DNA of 64,000 nt from assembly GCA_904063045.1 (NCBI GenBank), contig CAJFCJ010000012.1, positions 682,001 to 746,000 on the forward strand. The letters run 5' to 3'. The DNA is from Dimorphilus gyrociliatus (taxonomy: Eukaryota; Animalia; Annelida). This document shows, in pieces, positions 38,112 through 50,828 of this stretch. Under the pieces are notes generated by a model. That model saw nothing but the letters and a program-made list of their open reading frames with translations. It ran no database searches and had not been told where the DNA came from. The position numbers and the translations under genes are program-made. How positions within the stretch are numbered: the first letter of the stretch is position 1; the number at the start of each line of letters is the position of its first letter.

Positions 38112-39178
38112 ATGGCTGACGATAATATAGAATATAGTAAATTACCTTTGGATATTCGGGCCAAATTAGCAGAACTGGATTTGGAATTGTCTGAAGGTAA
38201 ATTTTTTTTCACCCGGAAATTTAGGCGTTTATTTCTTTCATTTATTAATTTTTATGTCAAAAAAGCTAAAAGTAGTGATAATTTATGTGTATATCCAATA
38301 CAAGAGTAGTCCTGGGAACAAGGTTAAGAAAAACTCATTTTCTTTACAATATTCTTTGTTTATCTTTTTGGGATTTTGTTTACTTGTTGATAGTTTACTA
38401 TTTATTTTAACCTTTTAATTGCCGACAAGTTGTTCTAAAGGATCATATTATAGCTATAGTTTAACGAAACAAATGTGACAATCTACTTAAAAAACATTCC
38501 AAAAAAAACGTAACGAAAAATTTTACAGATGAATTCTTATTTGTAGAGATTGTTCATTATTTTCTTTAATTGATACTAATATGACCTTAGTAAGAGACGA
38601 AGAGAAGCAAGTTAATTTTATTCTATTTCTCTCTTTTGTCTTTTATATCTATAAAATGTATATAGCTGCAAAGATCCATTCGAGAAGAAATTATTCTTAA
38701 TTATATATTGTGGTGGTAAGAGAATTCTTTTTTTTTGTGAAAACTACATTGTAATTATATTCCTTCATGAAACAATTGTAAGAATTCCTATTTGCGATTA
38801 TGTTTGTTATTTAGGTTTGTGTTTTCATTCATCGAACAAAGATCTTTGGACTTTTGCTTAAAAATAAGACAAATGTACATATTGTATCACTTTTTTCTCT
38901 ATATCTTTACAATTTCGTAATGTTTGATATAGTTTTTACTAATTAGGTAACACTATGTTTTAGAAATAGCTTTATAGCAGTAAGTTTATTATTCTTCGTT
39001 ATTCATAAAAATTTTGTTTAGTCACATAACATTCATTTCTTCATTGACAAGTTATGTGGGCATTTACATAATAGTAACGTTATTGGTTGAAACTACAGTT
39101 GTAACAATAAGATAATATCTCTTTTTAAGCTAAATAGAGGCAAGATGTATTTAGAGGCAATTTCGTTAGATCACATGT

Positions 39179-39216
<38 letters not shown>

Positions 39217-42200
39217 TGTATATACAGTATATACTATTTTACTCCCTTCAAAATTCTTAGGCCTATGTAATCAATATTGATTGATTAAAAGCATCGTGAA
39301 GTTTAACAGAATTTTTTTGTTATTTTCAAAGAGTATCCATTTACCATGATTTTCATCAAAAAACGATTAAAATAGGATAAGAATAATCTCAAATAACTAG
39401 TATATTTTAATCAAAGAATTTCCCTCCTTTTATTTGAACTACTTAGACCAAATTTATAGGATAAGAGTAATATTAACAGGGGTCCAGTTGCCTATATCAT
39501 AAACTGTTTATAACGCCCTCTTTACTATCCAAGATCTATAAATATTGCCGGCTTGTGTTCTTTTGATTTGATAAATTCCTTTCTGGATATTCTCGTATAG
39601 AAATATATATTTCGAAGTGAATATAGGCTAATTAATAATAAAAACATATATTAAATATTTTATTAGACAAATAGAAACAGAGTAATTTAAGCTTGTAAGA
39701 CTAAAAGCAAGCTGATAATAGAAAGAAGAAAAACCTATTATTTTTTAAGTCGTTACAATGTCTATTATCAATATCGTTAACGGCTAGACTGAAATTGAAT
39801 CCTCTACAGTATTATTCGCTGATAAAAGTTTATTTTTAAATTCCTGACTTTCTTTTAATATTTAACAAGGTACACACCCAAAGTTAAATTTCTTTGCACT
39901 TCATACATTTGTCGATACATTTTACGATTACTTCTTCTCCGGGGAATGTTTTTTAGGAAATGAGTACTAATGACTAATATCTTATAACAGGAGATATCAC
40001 TCAAAAAGGATATGATAAAAAGAAAGCTAAACTGTTAGAAAATTATACAAAATATCCGGAAAATTTAACTGGTAAGTACTTGAAAAATATTCGCTATCTC
40101 TTGTCTTTTTTGTATGGAATGGTTAATTTAATGAAATTTTGCTTTTTATTGTTTATTTCGTAAGACTCATCAGAATAATATTCAATTAATCAAAAGAATA
40201 TGAAATTTACTTGAAAATTTAATTAATATTAGCATATCTATTTTGTTTCCAGCTTGTATTTATCTCAATAGATATGGGAATTAATTGCTTTACTTATCTT
40301 ACAATCTTTTCCAGCTGGAGGAGGAAGTAGTAGTTCTACTAGTAGTGGAGCGGCACCAGCAGCTGGTAGAAGACACAACAGAAGATTGACTCGAGAAGAT
40401 CACCGCTATCACTCTGGTTGGTAATTTCATATATTAAACTTAGTTGAAACGTTGTTGTTACTTTATTTATAAAAATTGTTCAGGCGACCAGCATGGAGGT
40501 ATGAGTAAAACTTTTGGTTCCAATATTTTTTGATTTATATTTTTTAGAACAATTATTTTTTTTTTGCTTGAAATTATATTTATACTTTTTTTTTCTGCAT
40601 ATAATGAGAAACTCAGATTAAATTTAAAAGAGATTTTTTTCCTAAGTTCTTTTATTTTGTCGATTATTGTTATCGTATAAAAAAAAACAACAAAAAAAAA
40701 TTTTATATGTAAACTTATATAAGAAACAATGAGCTAATTATAAAATGTTTCTATCAAAATAGAGTTCGTGCTTTGAGAGTAATTCTACCAAAAAATAAGA
40801 AAGTAATTTAAACAAATTCATTGGCATCTTTAACCAAAAGAACAATGACAACGTATAAAAAGAGGGGTCTTTGTTCTTTTGTTAAAAGTCTTTAACCTAA
40901 ATTTTTTATTTTTACCTTAATCAGCAGTAAATATTCCTGAGTTCCTTGTTGACATTTATATTACCTAACAGTTTTCAATCAAATTTTTGGTGACAGTTCT
41001 TGGGAAATGGAATTAATTATTCACATAGTACCCATAGACATCCCATTTTTTAAATAGAAGAACTGTTGTATTCCCAAAGATATGTTATCTACAATGAAAT
41101 TTTTAATAATTTAAAAAGAGAAACTTGGATTACTAATAGCTGAACTTACAATGTTTTTTTTTTTCTTAAATAAGTTACAACGAATATTTCAATTAATAAT
41201 AGGAATTAACCTTGAAATTTTGCTGTAGTTTTTTTGTCGTTTACTACTTAAGATAATTCTATTAAATAATGTTTTTACTGATATCCCAACAATAATTTAA
41301 TTAACCGATTGTTTAAACAAGACATTTGAAAATGTAAGTTTTATTCAGGCTGCCTAGATCAAAGTTTTTGACAGAATAATAAAAATCAGGTACAGTTAAT
41401 ATTCGATTATATAATTTGTCTCGGATTTAAAAAAGGTTGTGGAACACATTTATTTGAAAATTTATCAAAATATTTTACTTATTTTTTTTAGAACAATCAA
41501 TACTCTCATGCACCTTCTCAAAGCAGATGTCATAATTTTAATAAATTTACTCCTATTTGTCTATTTCAGAAATAAGACAAGAGGCCGTTAAAAAAGCATT
41601 GGCCCAGTTTAAACACGATCAAAAGATACCCATGCCTTCGAAGAGACATTCGAACCAGGCTGCGGTGGGGGACCAGGCTAGAAGAGTAACTGGGAATAAT
41701 GACCCTCCTTTACCAACATCAACAAGACCAGTATCAGGTAGGTTCACCATTTTCAAAAATAAAATCATAAATTGTTCAAATCCTCAAGTCAATACACATA
41801 AAAAGACAAATATCTTTCACCTACTTTCGGTTATTAGCCTTGATTAGCTTGCGAGAGAAATATAGGCTCTCATTCCACATACCAAATTGGCACTAGCAAA
41901 TGATTTTTAGAATTCAAAAGTCTTCTTTCATTTATTTCTTATTATTTGCTTTATTTGTTTTGATATACTGCTATATTAACGTATTACGGTGAATTACACT
42001 TATTACTATGGCATTATGAATAGGACTGTACAGTTGACCGTTCCACTTTTGCGGTTCATTGCTACGCTAACAATAGAAGTACCAGATAATTATATAGTGA
42101 TTTGCATTTTTGGGCGTGGCCGTAACAATAAAAACCTTCTACAGTAGCCTATGGTAAAATTAATTGACGACAAAGGCAAAACTAACCTATTTCGTAATAC

Positions 42201-45200
42201 TTATGTTCTATGACATCAGTAGATTGCTAAATTAATCGTGTTGGCCAGACACCATTGGCTTTCAAATATATACTTGATGCTTGGGGAATAATCATTCACG
42301 GATTAAAAATTCACTGACAAATAACGTTGAATAGTTCCAACGTGTTGTTAATGCAGTTTAACATAAAAGTGATGTGCTGTATATAATGGAATTTTAAGCG
42401 ATGTTCTATTTAATAAATGTGAATAATTTTTAACTCTTTGTTTAATAGAGTCGTCATCAGAGGAAGACGAGGTATTCGACCGAAAATCTCCTCCAAAAGA
42501 AAATAGAAAATGTATGATATTAGTATATATATTTTATATATATTTCAATTGTATAAAATTTACTTATAAAAATAGCAAATTCTGGTCATCATCCTCGCCA
42601 TAATTACGTAAATATGGCTGGGAGCTCTGCTCAGACAGCTTTATCTCAAATAATGCAACAATGTATGTATAAGCTCCATTAACACTCTTTGGTTATTATG
42701 ATAAAATTTCTAATTATTAGCAACTCCACCGCAAATACCGCCTATAACAGATCCTATAGAGTCAGGTATGTAGATATATATAAACATATACAAACCTTTA
42801 TATGGAAAGGGAATCTCCAATGAAAACTTGCGCTCTTTCGCACTCTTTGAATATTGCACTTTATTCTCACATTGATTTACTAAATGTGTAAGCTGTCAAA
42901 AATTATAAAGTCGCATGGGACTTTTAAGCAGTTACATTCTGTGTATAATGATTTACTCCCTTCTCCAATAACAAATAACTTTGTTTGTCGAACATTCTGA
43001 AAGCCAAGATATTACTTACCACTTATTTAGCTAAAAAGAGCAATAAGTTCATTGGAATTCCTCTAAACTCGAATAACAGCTTCAATTCAAAAATCTAATG
43101 CTTTTTTCGTTCGCTTTCACAACGCCAACTTGTTCGGTATGTTTATGTGTTGAAATACTATGCATGCTTGTTGTATTATATGAAACAAAATCCTCCTTGC
43201 CTCTGTTTTCTTCAAAACTAAAATGAAAACATATAGCGGAAGAATCACAACCATCTTCTTGCCCATCAGAATCACCTCCTTCCCCTCCTTCGAAAAATAT
43301 AGGAGATACTGATCGTCCTGAGTCTCCCCAGCAACAGCCACTTTATGAAAACACTCGGCCAGTAAAAGTGTTGGAACATCATTCTCAATTATCTAGACCG
43401 AAAGAGCGAGAGGAACGTCCTGTTCCGGCTCCAAGAAGAATAAACGAATCATCTTCTCCAGATAATTTAAGTGGTGGAGCTGGTGCTGCCGCTTTAGCTA
43501 GTTCAGGAGTTGCCTACGCACAATTAGAACGTCCTACTGATTTATCAGAGAAGAAAAGAGAGAAAAGAAGAAGAAATCAATTGCGATCAATTGACGAGGC
43601 TAAAGATCTAAACTCTTTAACATCTTCTGCGTCGTCTAGTCCGAGAAATATAAGCGTATTGCCGGTCACCTCTCTTATGCAAGCTAAGCAGCAAGTAGCT
43701 GATGTTGTTCAGGATTCAACTCCAAGAAGTTCAGGTGAATGGTCTCTTAATAACACTGCTAGAGCAGATGATTTTTTTAAGTATTTCGCTTGCCCCTTAA
43801 ATCGGAATGTATATTGGTTATCCCAAACCTCTTTCCAAATTCAAACGTTCTTAACTAAGAGCTTAAGATAATGTTAAACGTTGGTTGTTTGCTTTATAAT
43901 TACCTACAGCCCTCAAATCAAGCGTTAACTCTTGTAATATCTCAGAAGTAGGAAATGTTATTTCAAATTGATTTTCTAGGTACCACTTCGTTTGACAGTA
44001 CCTCTCTTCTGAGTAAATGTTTCAAAACTTATGTCCATTAATAGGAAGGGTTGCACTGTCTAAAAAGCGCTCAACTTTTGGTTTTATACTTCTCCGATTC
44101 CTGCTTCCTTTAAATTTATATTAGATTGATATGTCTACACTTTTGTGGCTCAGCCGTAAACATAACCGAAATTTAAACTCTTAGCTTGCTCTTTATCACT
44201 TGAAAAGTAATTTTAAGATGCTAGATGATTTTTCTTAATTTATAACACCCTCATTTGTAGTAAATTAATAAAGATATCATGCACCATGGCTAACTTGTCT
44301 CATCAAAACATTTAACTCTAGCCTTTTTAACATAAATTCTTTAACTAATAAACAAATGTAATAAACTTTTTATGTTATGTTAAAATAGTCCTACAAGCAT
44401 CACAACCCCCTGATGTTACTAATAATACAAGCTCAGCCGGAAGTGGAAGATTAGCTCCCCATCTGTCTTCAGTTCGAGGTGTCCCAAATCTTGATTTAGA
44501 AAGTGGAGACGGTAATTGAAAATTTTTTTCTCTTTAAGATTTTCAATCAAACTAATTCGTCTTTCTTTAACGTACTAGTTTTGAAATTAAGCAGAATTTC
44601 ATCGAAAATTCAAAATTTGTGTGAAACTCTAAAGGTGAGTTTGCATGAGAGTCGAGCTATATAAAGTACATATTCGAAAGTTGTAAGATTATTTTCAGGC
44701 CAAGATATTAATGTAACAAATGATAATAGTATAAATAAAAAAATAAATTATTACTCGGAAAAATTCACCGCAATGAGATCAATCCCTACCTTGTACATAG
44801 GCGAAATAGATTTATAATAAGACAAAAATATTTTAGAAGCCAAAGCGTCGCCCTTTACCCGACTACTTTATAGATGAGGATGAGGCAGTTTTAGAACGTA
44901 AGTAACACGAAACCGATTTCATTGTATTCATAAAACAACAGCGACCGAAACGTAGAGACGTTACTGAATTCTTTAAAGACGAAGATGATTTGGAGAGTAA
45001 GAACATCTTTATCTGTTATTGTTCTAATTTTGCAATGCTGCTTATGTAATCATTGAAAGAGTATAAATTGACCGAAATGACTTTTTTCTGAAAACAGTTA
45101 ATGTTTCAAAACCATCTCTATTTTATTGATATGAAAACAACCTACTATATGCATGCTAACACTTTCGATTTCTATATTTCTCTTATATTACAAGAGTCTC

Positions 45201-48200
45201 TGCGTTGAGGATGTTGTTATAAAGAATGCTGAATATTTTATAGCACGATTTATCTTTGTGCAGCAATTTTTCAATTTGTTTCAATTATATAGCTCCAGCA
45301 TTAGATCCGACTGCACCCAAACCTGACGGACCGCAAGTTATTCCAATAGAAGGAAATCAGCTCATTGTACCTTCAAGTTTACAAAGGAGAAACTTAGAGT
45401 CATCACTTCATCGATATGGAACGGGAATGCCAAAAACTACTGCCATTAGTGTTCTAGATAGCAGTGGAAGGGCTTTCGGCACCATAACCTATGGTATGTA
45501 TTTGTTATCCATTTATCTACTTGATTTAATTATTTAATAACTTCATAAACAGGAAAATTACTTACTAGAGTCAACAAATTAGCTTACAATCTTTTGCGAA
45601 TTGGTTCAAAATCGAATCCTTTACTTAAACCAGAAGACACAGTTGCCCTTGTTTATCCGAACAACGATGCACTTTCATTTATTTGTGCCTTCTATGCTTG
45701 CTTGACGGCAAACTTAGTTCCAGTTCCAATCGAAGTTCCGTTGTCGAAGCGAGACGCTGGTTGTCAGAATATAGGATTTCTACTTGGTAGTCTAAATGTT
45801 AAAGTTGCAATTACTTCGGATGCTTGTCACAAAGGATTGCCTAAAAATCCAAACGGTGAAGTGATAACATTCAGAGGCTGGCCTAGACTGCATTGGTTTG
45901 TCTCAGAACATTTAAGTAAACCTGGTAAAGACTGGAATCCACCTGCAAGATTGCAAGATCACGCTCCAGCTTATATTGAAGTAAGATAATTTTAATAGTC
46001 TTTTATTTGCTATAATTTCATAGTATTCTTTATCTTCTTAGTATACACACGATAAAGATGGAAGTGTCCTTGGTGTTACTCACACAAGAGCATCAATGTT
46101 AGCACACTGTAGAGCCTTATCGGTTGCAGCAAACTACACTGAAGGTAGTGATGAAAGTTAAAGTTATTACTGCGAAATAGTTAACGCTTAATTCTATTTT
46201 GCAGGTGAAACAATGGTCTGCGTTTTAGATTTTAAAAGAGATCTTGGTTTATGGCATTCAGTTTTGACTGTGAGTTAAAAATGATTATATTTGATGTTCA
46301 ATTGCAAATTATTTTAAATATTTCAGAGTATATATAATGGAATGCACGTTATTTTTATTCCATATCAATTAATGAAATCTGATCCAGCTTCCTGGTTGAA
46401 GATGGTCACTAAATATAAAGGTATGATTTTAGTAATTATAAAAATTAGCAATTTGTTTTTTAATTTAATTTTGATTTTTTACAGCAACTATTGCTCTAGT
46501 TAAATCTAGAGATATGCATTGGGCATTACTGGCAACCAAGGATCATAAAGATATTAATTTACAATCTCTTAGATTTTTACTGGTTGCTGATGGATCAAAT
46601 CCATGTTAGATATAGATTTATACTAATTAATATAAATCTAAATATATTTTTTCTATAGGGTCTCTAACTTCCTGCGATTCTTTCACGAAGCATTTTTCAA
46701 GATATAATTTGAAAGAAGAAGCCGTTTGTCCGTCGGGTAGTAGCCCCGAAGCGTTAACTATTTGCATGAGACGCCCCTCTAGATCGGAAAGTTCATCATC
46801 GAATAGTAATACAACTGGTAGGGGAGTACTATCGATGAAAGGGCTATCGCATGGCGTTGTTAGAGTGGATAGTGATAGTAGTTATACTTCGCTAGCATTA
46901 CAAGATTGCGGCGTTATTTTAGATGGAGCTTCTTTGGCTATTGTATCTATTGATAATCAGCCAATTTTATGTAAAGCTGACGAAGTCGGTGAGCTCTGCA
47001 TTTCCGCGCCATACACAGCTCACTCTTACTGGGGACTTTCTGGAAAATCATCTAAAACTTTTGAAGTAGTACCCCTTTTAGAAGATGGAACACCTGCGGT
47101 TCCAAATCAAAAATTTGTCAGATCTGGTGCGTATTTATAAAAACATTCTTTAAAGCGGCTAATAAGTTTTCTTCATTTTTAGGATTGCTCGGTTTTGTTG
47201 GTCCTGAAGCCTTAATATTTGTCTGTGGTAGCAGAGATGGATTAATGACTGTCGGAAATCGAAGGCATAATACTGATGATATTATAGCAACAGTATTAGC
47301 TGTAACTCCTGCCCAAGGAAATTTTATATACAGAGGACGAATTGCCGTCTTTTCTATCAGAGTTTTAAGGGATGAGAGAATAGTGATAGTAGCAGAACAA
47401 AAACCTGATGCTAATGAAGACGAGGTATAGTTAAACATTTGCTTCTTCAAAATTGTTAGCTAATTATTAATATACATATACTCAAAACAGAGCTTTAAAT
47501 GGATGAGCCAGGTTCTCCAAGCCGTCGATGCAATTCATAATGTCGGAGTATACTGTCTTGCTTTAGTTCCAGCTAATTGCCTACCGAAAGTAAGATTTAG
47601 AACAAATAACATTTATTATTATAAAGGTCACTTCTAATCAACAAAATTTAGACTGCACTGGGGGGTATTCATGTCCACGAGACAAGAAGACGATTCATTG
47701 ATGGAAATTTGCATCCAGCATGTGTACTTATGTCTCCTCACACTTGTGTTACAAACTTGCCGAAACCGAGAGAGCATCATCCTGGTAAGTTTTATTTCCC
47801 TCTGCATGCATTTATTCAAAATGTTTAATGCTGTGATTTTAAATTTTTTACATATATTCCTCTTCAGACGGTATATTTCTGTGTTATCTGTCAAGTTTAG
47901 AAAGTTATTGTCAAAGTGGAACCACCTTTATTTTTTGTTCTAATAATTTTTTCCTTTTCGAGATATTAGTATTCTAGTAGTCCTATATTTTTTGATAATA
48001 CTATATTTTCAAGCTTTTATAAAACCTTATAAATTGAGAGTTTATAAGAAACAGTTTTGTCTGTTGTTCAAATCTTTATGATCTTATTTTAATATTTTGA
48101 TATTACTTTCAGATGTCGGACCTTCAGCAATGTTTGTAGGAAATATTGTTCAGGGTGCTCGACTTGCTCAAGCCCAGGGCAGAGAATTACCTAAGGAAGA

Positions 48201-50352
48201 CGATAACTCAACTAATGTAATTGTTTTTAAATTGTATAATTTTTCATATGAGTAATATTTTTAAAATTTTTAGAATTTCCTATCTGAAATCCTGCGAAAT
48301 CGTGCTCAGCAACATCCGGACCATGTACTCTTTACTTTAAAAACTTCTAAGAACGACTCAGAAAAGTTAACTTGCTCTCAACTTCACAAAAAAGCGGAGA
48401 GAATCGCTTGTGTTTTAACAGACAAGAATAAATTAGTAGCTACCGATTTAGTTGCGTTAATGTTTCATCCAGGAATTGATCTAATAGCCTCATTCTATGG
48501 CTGTTTATACGCTGGTGTCGTTCCTGTTGTTGTTAGGCCACCTAACGAACGTAACATTCCAACCACACTCCCTACAGCAAAAATGGTAGTGGAGGTCTCT
48601 AAATCTAAGCTTTTGTTGACAAATGGTGCCGTAGTCAAACTATTAAGGTCAAAGGAGGCATCATCTGTTGTAAATGTTAAACAATGGCCACCCATAGTTG
48701 ATGTCGATGATTTAGCAAAAAAGAGAGTGTCTTCGGTTTATCGTGCACCAAGCAATGAATTAACTTGCTACGTTGATTTTTCGGTGTCGACTACTGGTAT
48801 GTTAGCTGGAGTTAAAATTTCTCATGGAGCAGCATCTAGTCTGTGCAGAGCAATCAAATTGCAATGCGAATTATATCCAGCAAGAGAAGTTTGCATCTGT
48901 TTAGACCCGTACTGCGGTCTAGGATTAGTCCTGTGGTGTTTGTCAAGGTACCAAAATCATTGAATATCTAAACGTGCCGAGCATAAATATTTACTTCTTT
49001 CCCTTCAGTATTTATTCTGGCCATCGATCTATTTTGATACCGCCTTCCGAAATTGAGCATTCGCCGCAGCTCTGGATGACAGCATTAAGCCAAAATCAAA
49101 GTAAATTGAATCTATTTATTGTCCTTTGAGTGAAATTTTAAAATCTGCTAACATTACTTTGTAGTTCGCGATACGTTCTGTTCGTATGGAGTTATGGATT
49201 TGTGTACTAAAGGTCTCGGTGGCCCATCAAATACGATTCAAACAATGATAAAGCACGGCGTTAATTTATCGTCTGTCCGAACAATGTGTGTTATTGCGGA
49301 AGAACGACCCCGCATTAAGCTAATGTCTGCATTCACTGCTCTATTCTCTGCGCTTAAATTGAATCCAAGAGCAGTTAGCACAAGTTTTGGTTGTAGAGTT
49401 AACGTGGGTGTAAATCTTCAAGGAGCTTCTAGTCCAGACCCTACACAGGTGTATGTTGATTTGAAAGCCTTGAGAAACGATAGGGTGGCTTTAGTTGAGA
49501 AGGGCAGTCCACACTCTCTCTGCGTTCTTGAATCGGCTAAACTATTACCAGGTGTAAAGGTTGTTATCGCTAATCCTGAAACAAAGGGACAATGCGCAGA
49601 CTCCCACTTAGGAGAGGTAAGATTTATCAGTACAATTTTCTTCTTTATCACTATCTGCGTTTTCATTAAACAGATTTGGGTATCAAGCCCTCATAATTCC
49701 TCTGGATATACTGTTATTCAAGGAGATATTCAAGAAGGGGCAATTCACACAGATCATTTCGAATCGAAATTAGCTACTGGTGACGTTTATACAACATTTG
49801 CTCGAACTGGATATTTAGGATTTGTGAAAAGAACGGAGATGACACAAAGTGATGGAGGTAAGTTATAAAGGAAATAGTACCTTACTATTAAACCCAATCA
49901 AATATTTTGTTTTTCCACAGAACGCCACGACGCACTCTTTGTTCTTGGAAGCTTAGAAGAAACGCTTATCATGAGGGGAATGCGCTATCACCCTATCGAT
50001 ATAGAAGAAAGTATATTGAGATGCCATCGAAAGATATGCGAATGGTATAGTATTGTTTTATTTGCTAAGATAACGTCTTATCGGCAAATTTTTTTCTAGC
50101 GCCGTATTTACCTGGACCAATCTACTAGTCGTAGTAGCTGAATTAGATGGACAAGAAAACGAGGCAATAGACTTAGTACCCTTAATCACTAATGCTGTTT
50201 TAGAAGAACACTATTTAATTGTTGGAGTTGTTGTGATTGTTGATCCGGGAGTGGTACCAATTAATTCCAGGGGTGAAAAGCAACGCATGCATTTGCGTGA
50301 TGGATTTTTAAATGATCAATTAGATCCAATCTATGTCAGTTATAATATGTGA
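38112..50352 (+). CDS. DIP2: Disco-interacting protein 2 (DMAP1-binding domain plus two AMP-binding/FACL-like domains), about 25 exons
   Basis: LAELDLELSE|GDITQKGYDKKK, RYHS|EIRQEAV, PPDVT, SSKIQNLCETLK|KPKRRPL, LPKTALGGIHVHETRRRF-type segment, HTCVTNLPKPR, TSFGCRVN, and the C-terminus LDPIYVSYNM* (stop 50350-50352). The constitutive introns are GT-AG and in phase. Confidence 0.95.
39183..39233. repeat. (AT)n run ending in the perfect 24-bp palindrome TATATACTGTATATACAGTATATA
   Basis: Seen directly. It contains back-to-back TACTGTA and TACAGTA units. Confidence 0.9.
40484..40498 (+). other. Candidate 15-nt DIP2 microexon (adds GDQHG)
   Basis: ttcag|GCGACCAGCATGGAG|gtatgagt. Phase 1 to phase 1, open frame. 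Confidence 0.6.
44837..44897 (+). other. DIP2 mutually exclusive exon A (KPKRRPLPDYFIDEDEAVLE)
   Basis: ttttag|...|gtaagt, 61 nt, phase 0 to phase 1. Confidence 0.8.
44942..44996 (+). other. DIP2 mutually exclusive exon B (RPKRRDVTEFFKDEDDLE)
   Basis: caacag|...|gtaaga, 55 nt, phase 0 to phase 1, homologous to exon A. Confidence 0.8.
47868..47870 (+). other. Candidate 3-nt DIP2 microexon (adds one Asp)
   Basis: cctcttcag|ACG|gtatat inside an unusually long (329 nt) intron. Confidence 0.45.
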
Positions 50353-50828
50353 AACCTGAACTTTTTTTAAGTATATTAGGAAGGTTTGTAAAGCTTTTTG
50401 TATGTTAATTTCTGGTTTCTTTAATCTTTTATAAAATATGAAATTTGTATATAAAATAAGTTTATTTTTGCATCATCGTTCGCTTTGAGTTTTTTCCTTT
50501 CCAGTGTGTTGAATATATTCTAAGAAGACTAGTCATATCTGTAAATCAAAGTTTAAGCAGATAAGAAATAAATCTTACTTATGCAAATGTTTTGACTTGA
50601 TTAATGTTTGATATTTTTTGTTTGAATGTAGAATTGCAATAGAATAAAAGCGTTCATATATGAAAGTGTCAATGTATTAAGTGTACTTTTCATGATTAAT
50701 TTAATGTATTCAAGCTTTTTTCTTTCATAGAAAAAATTTTAAAGTAGATTATGCTTTTTAAGTTTAATCTATGTTTTATTATGTGAGAGTAACGTCTACA
50801 CTTTTTCTTTTTACATAAACATTACCTT

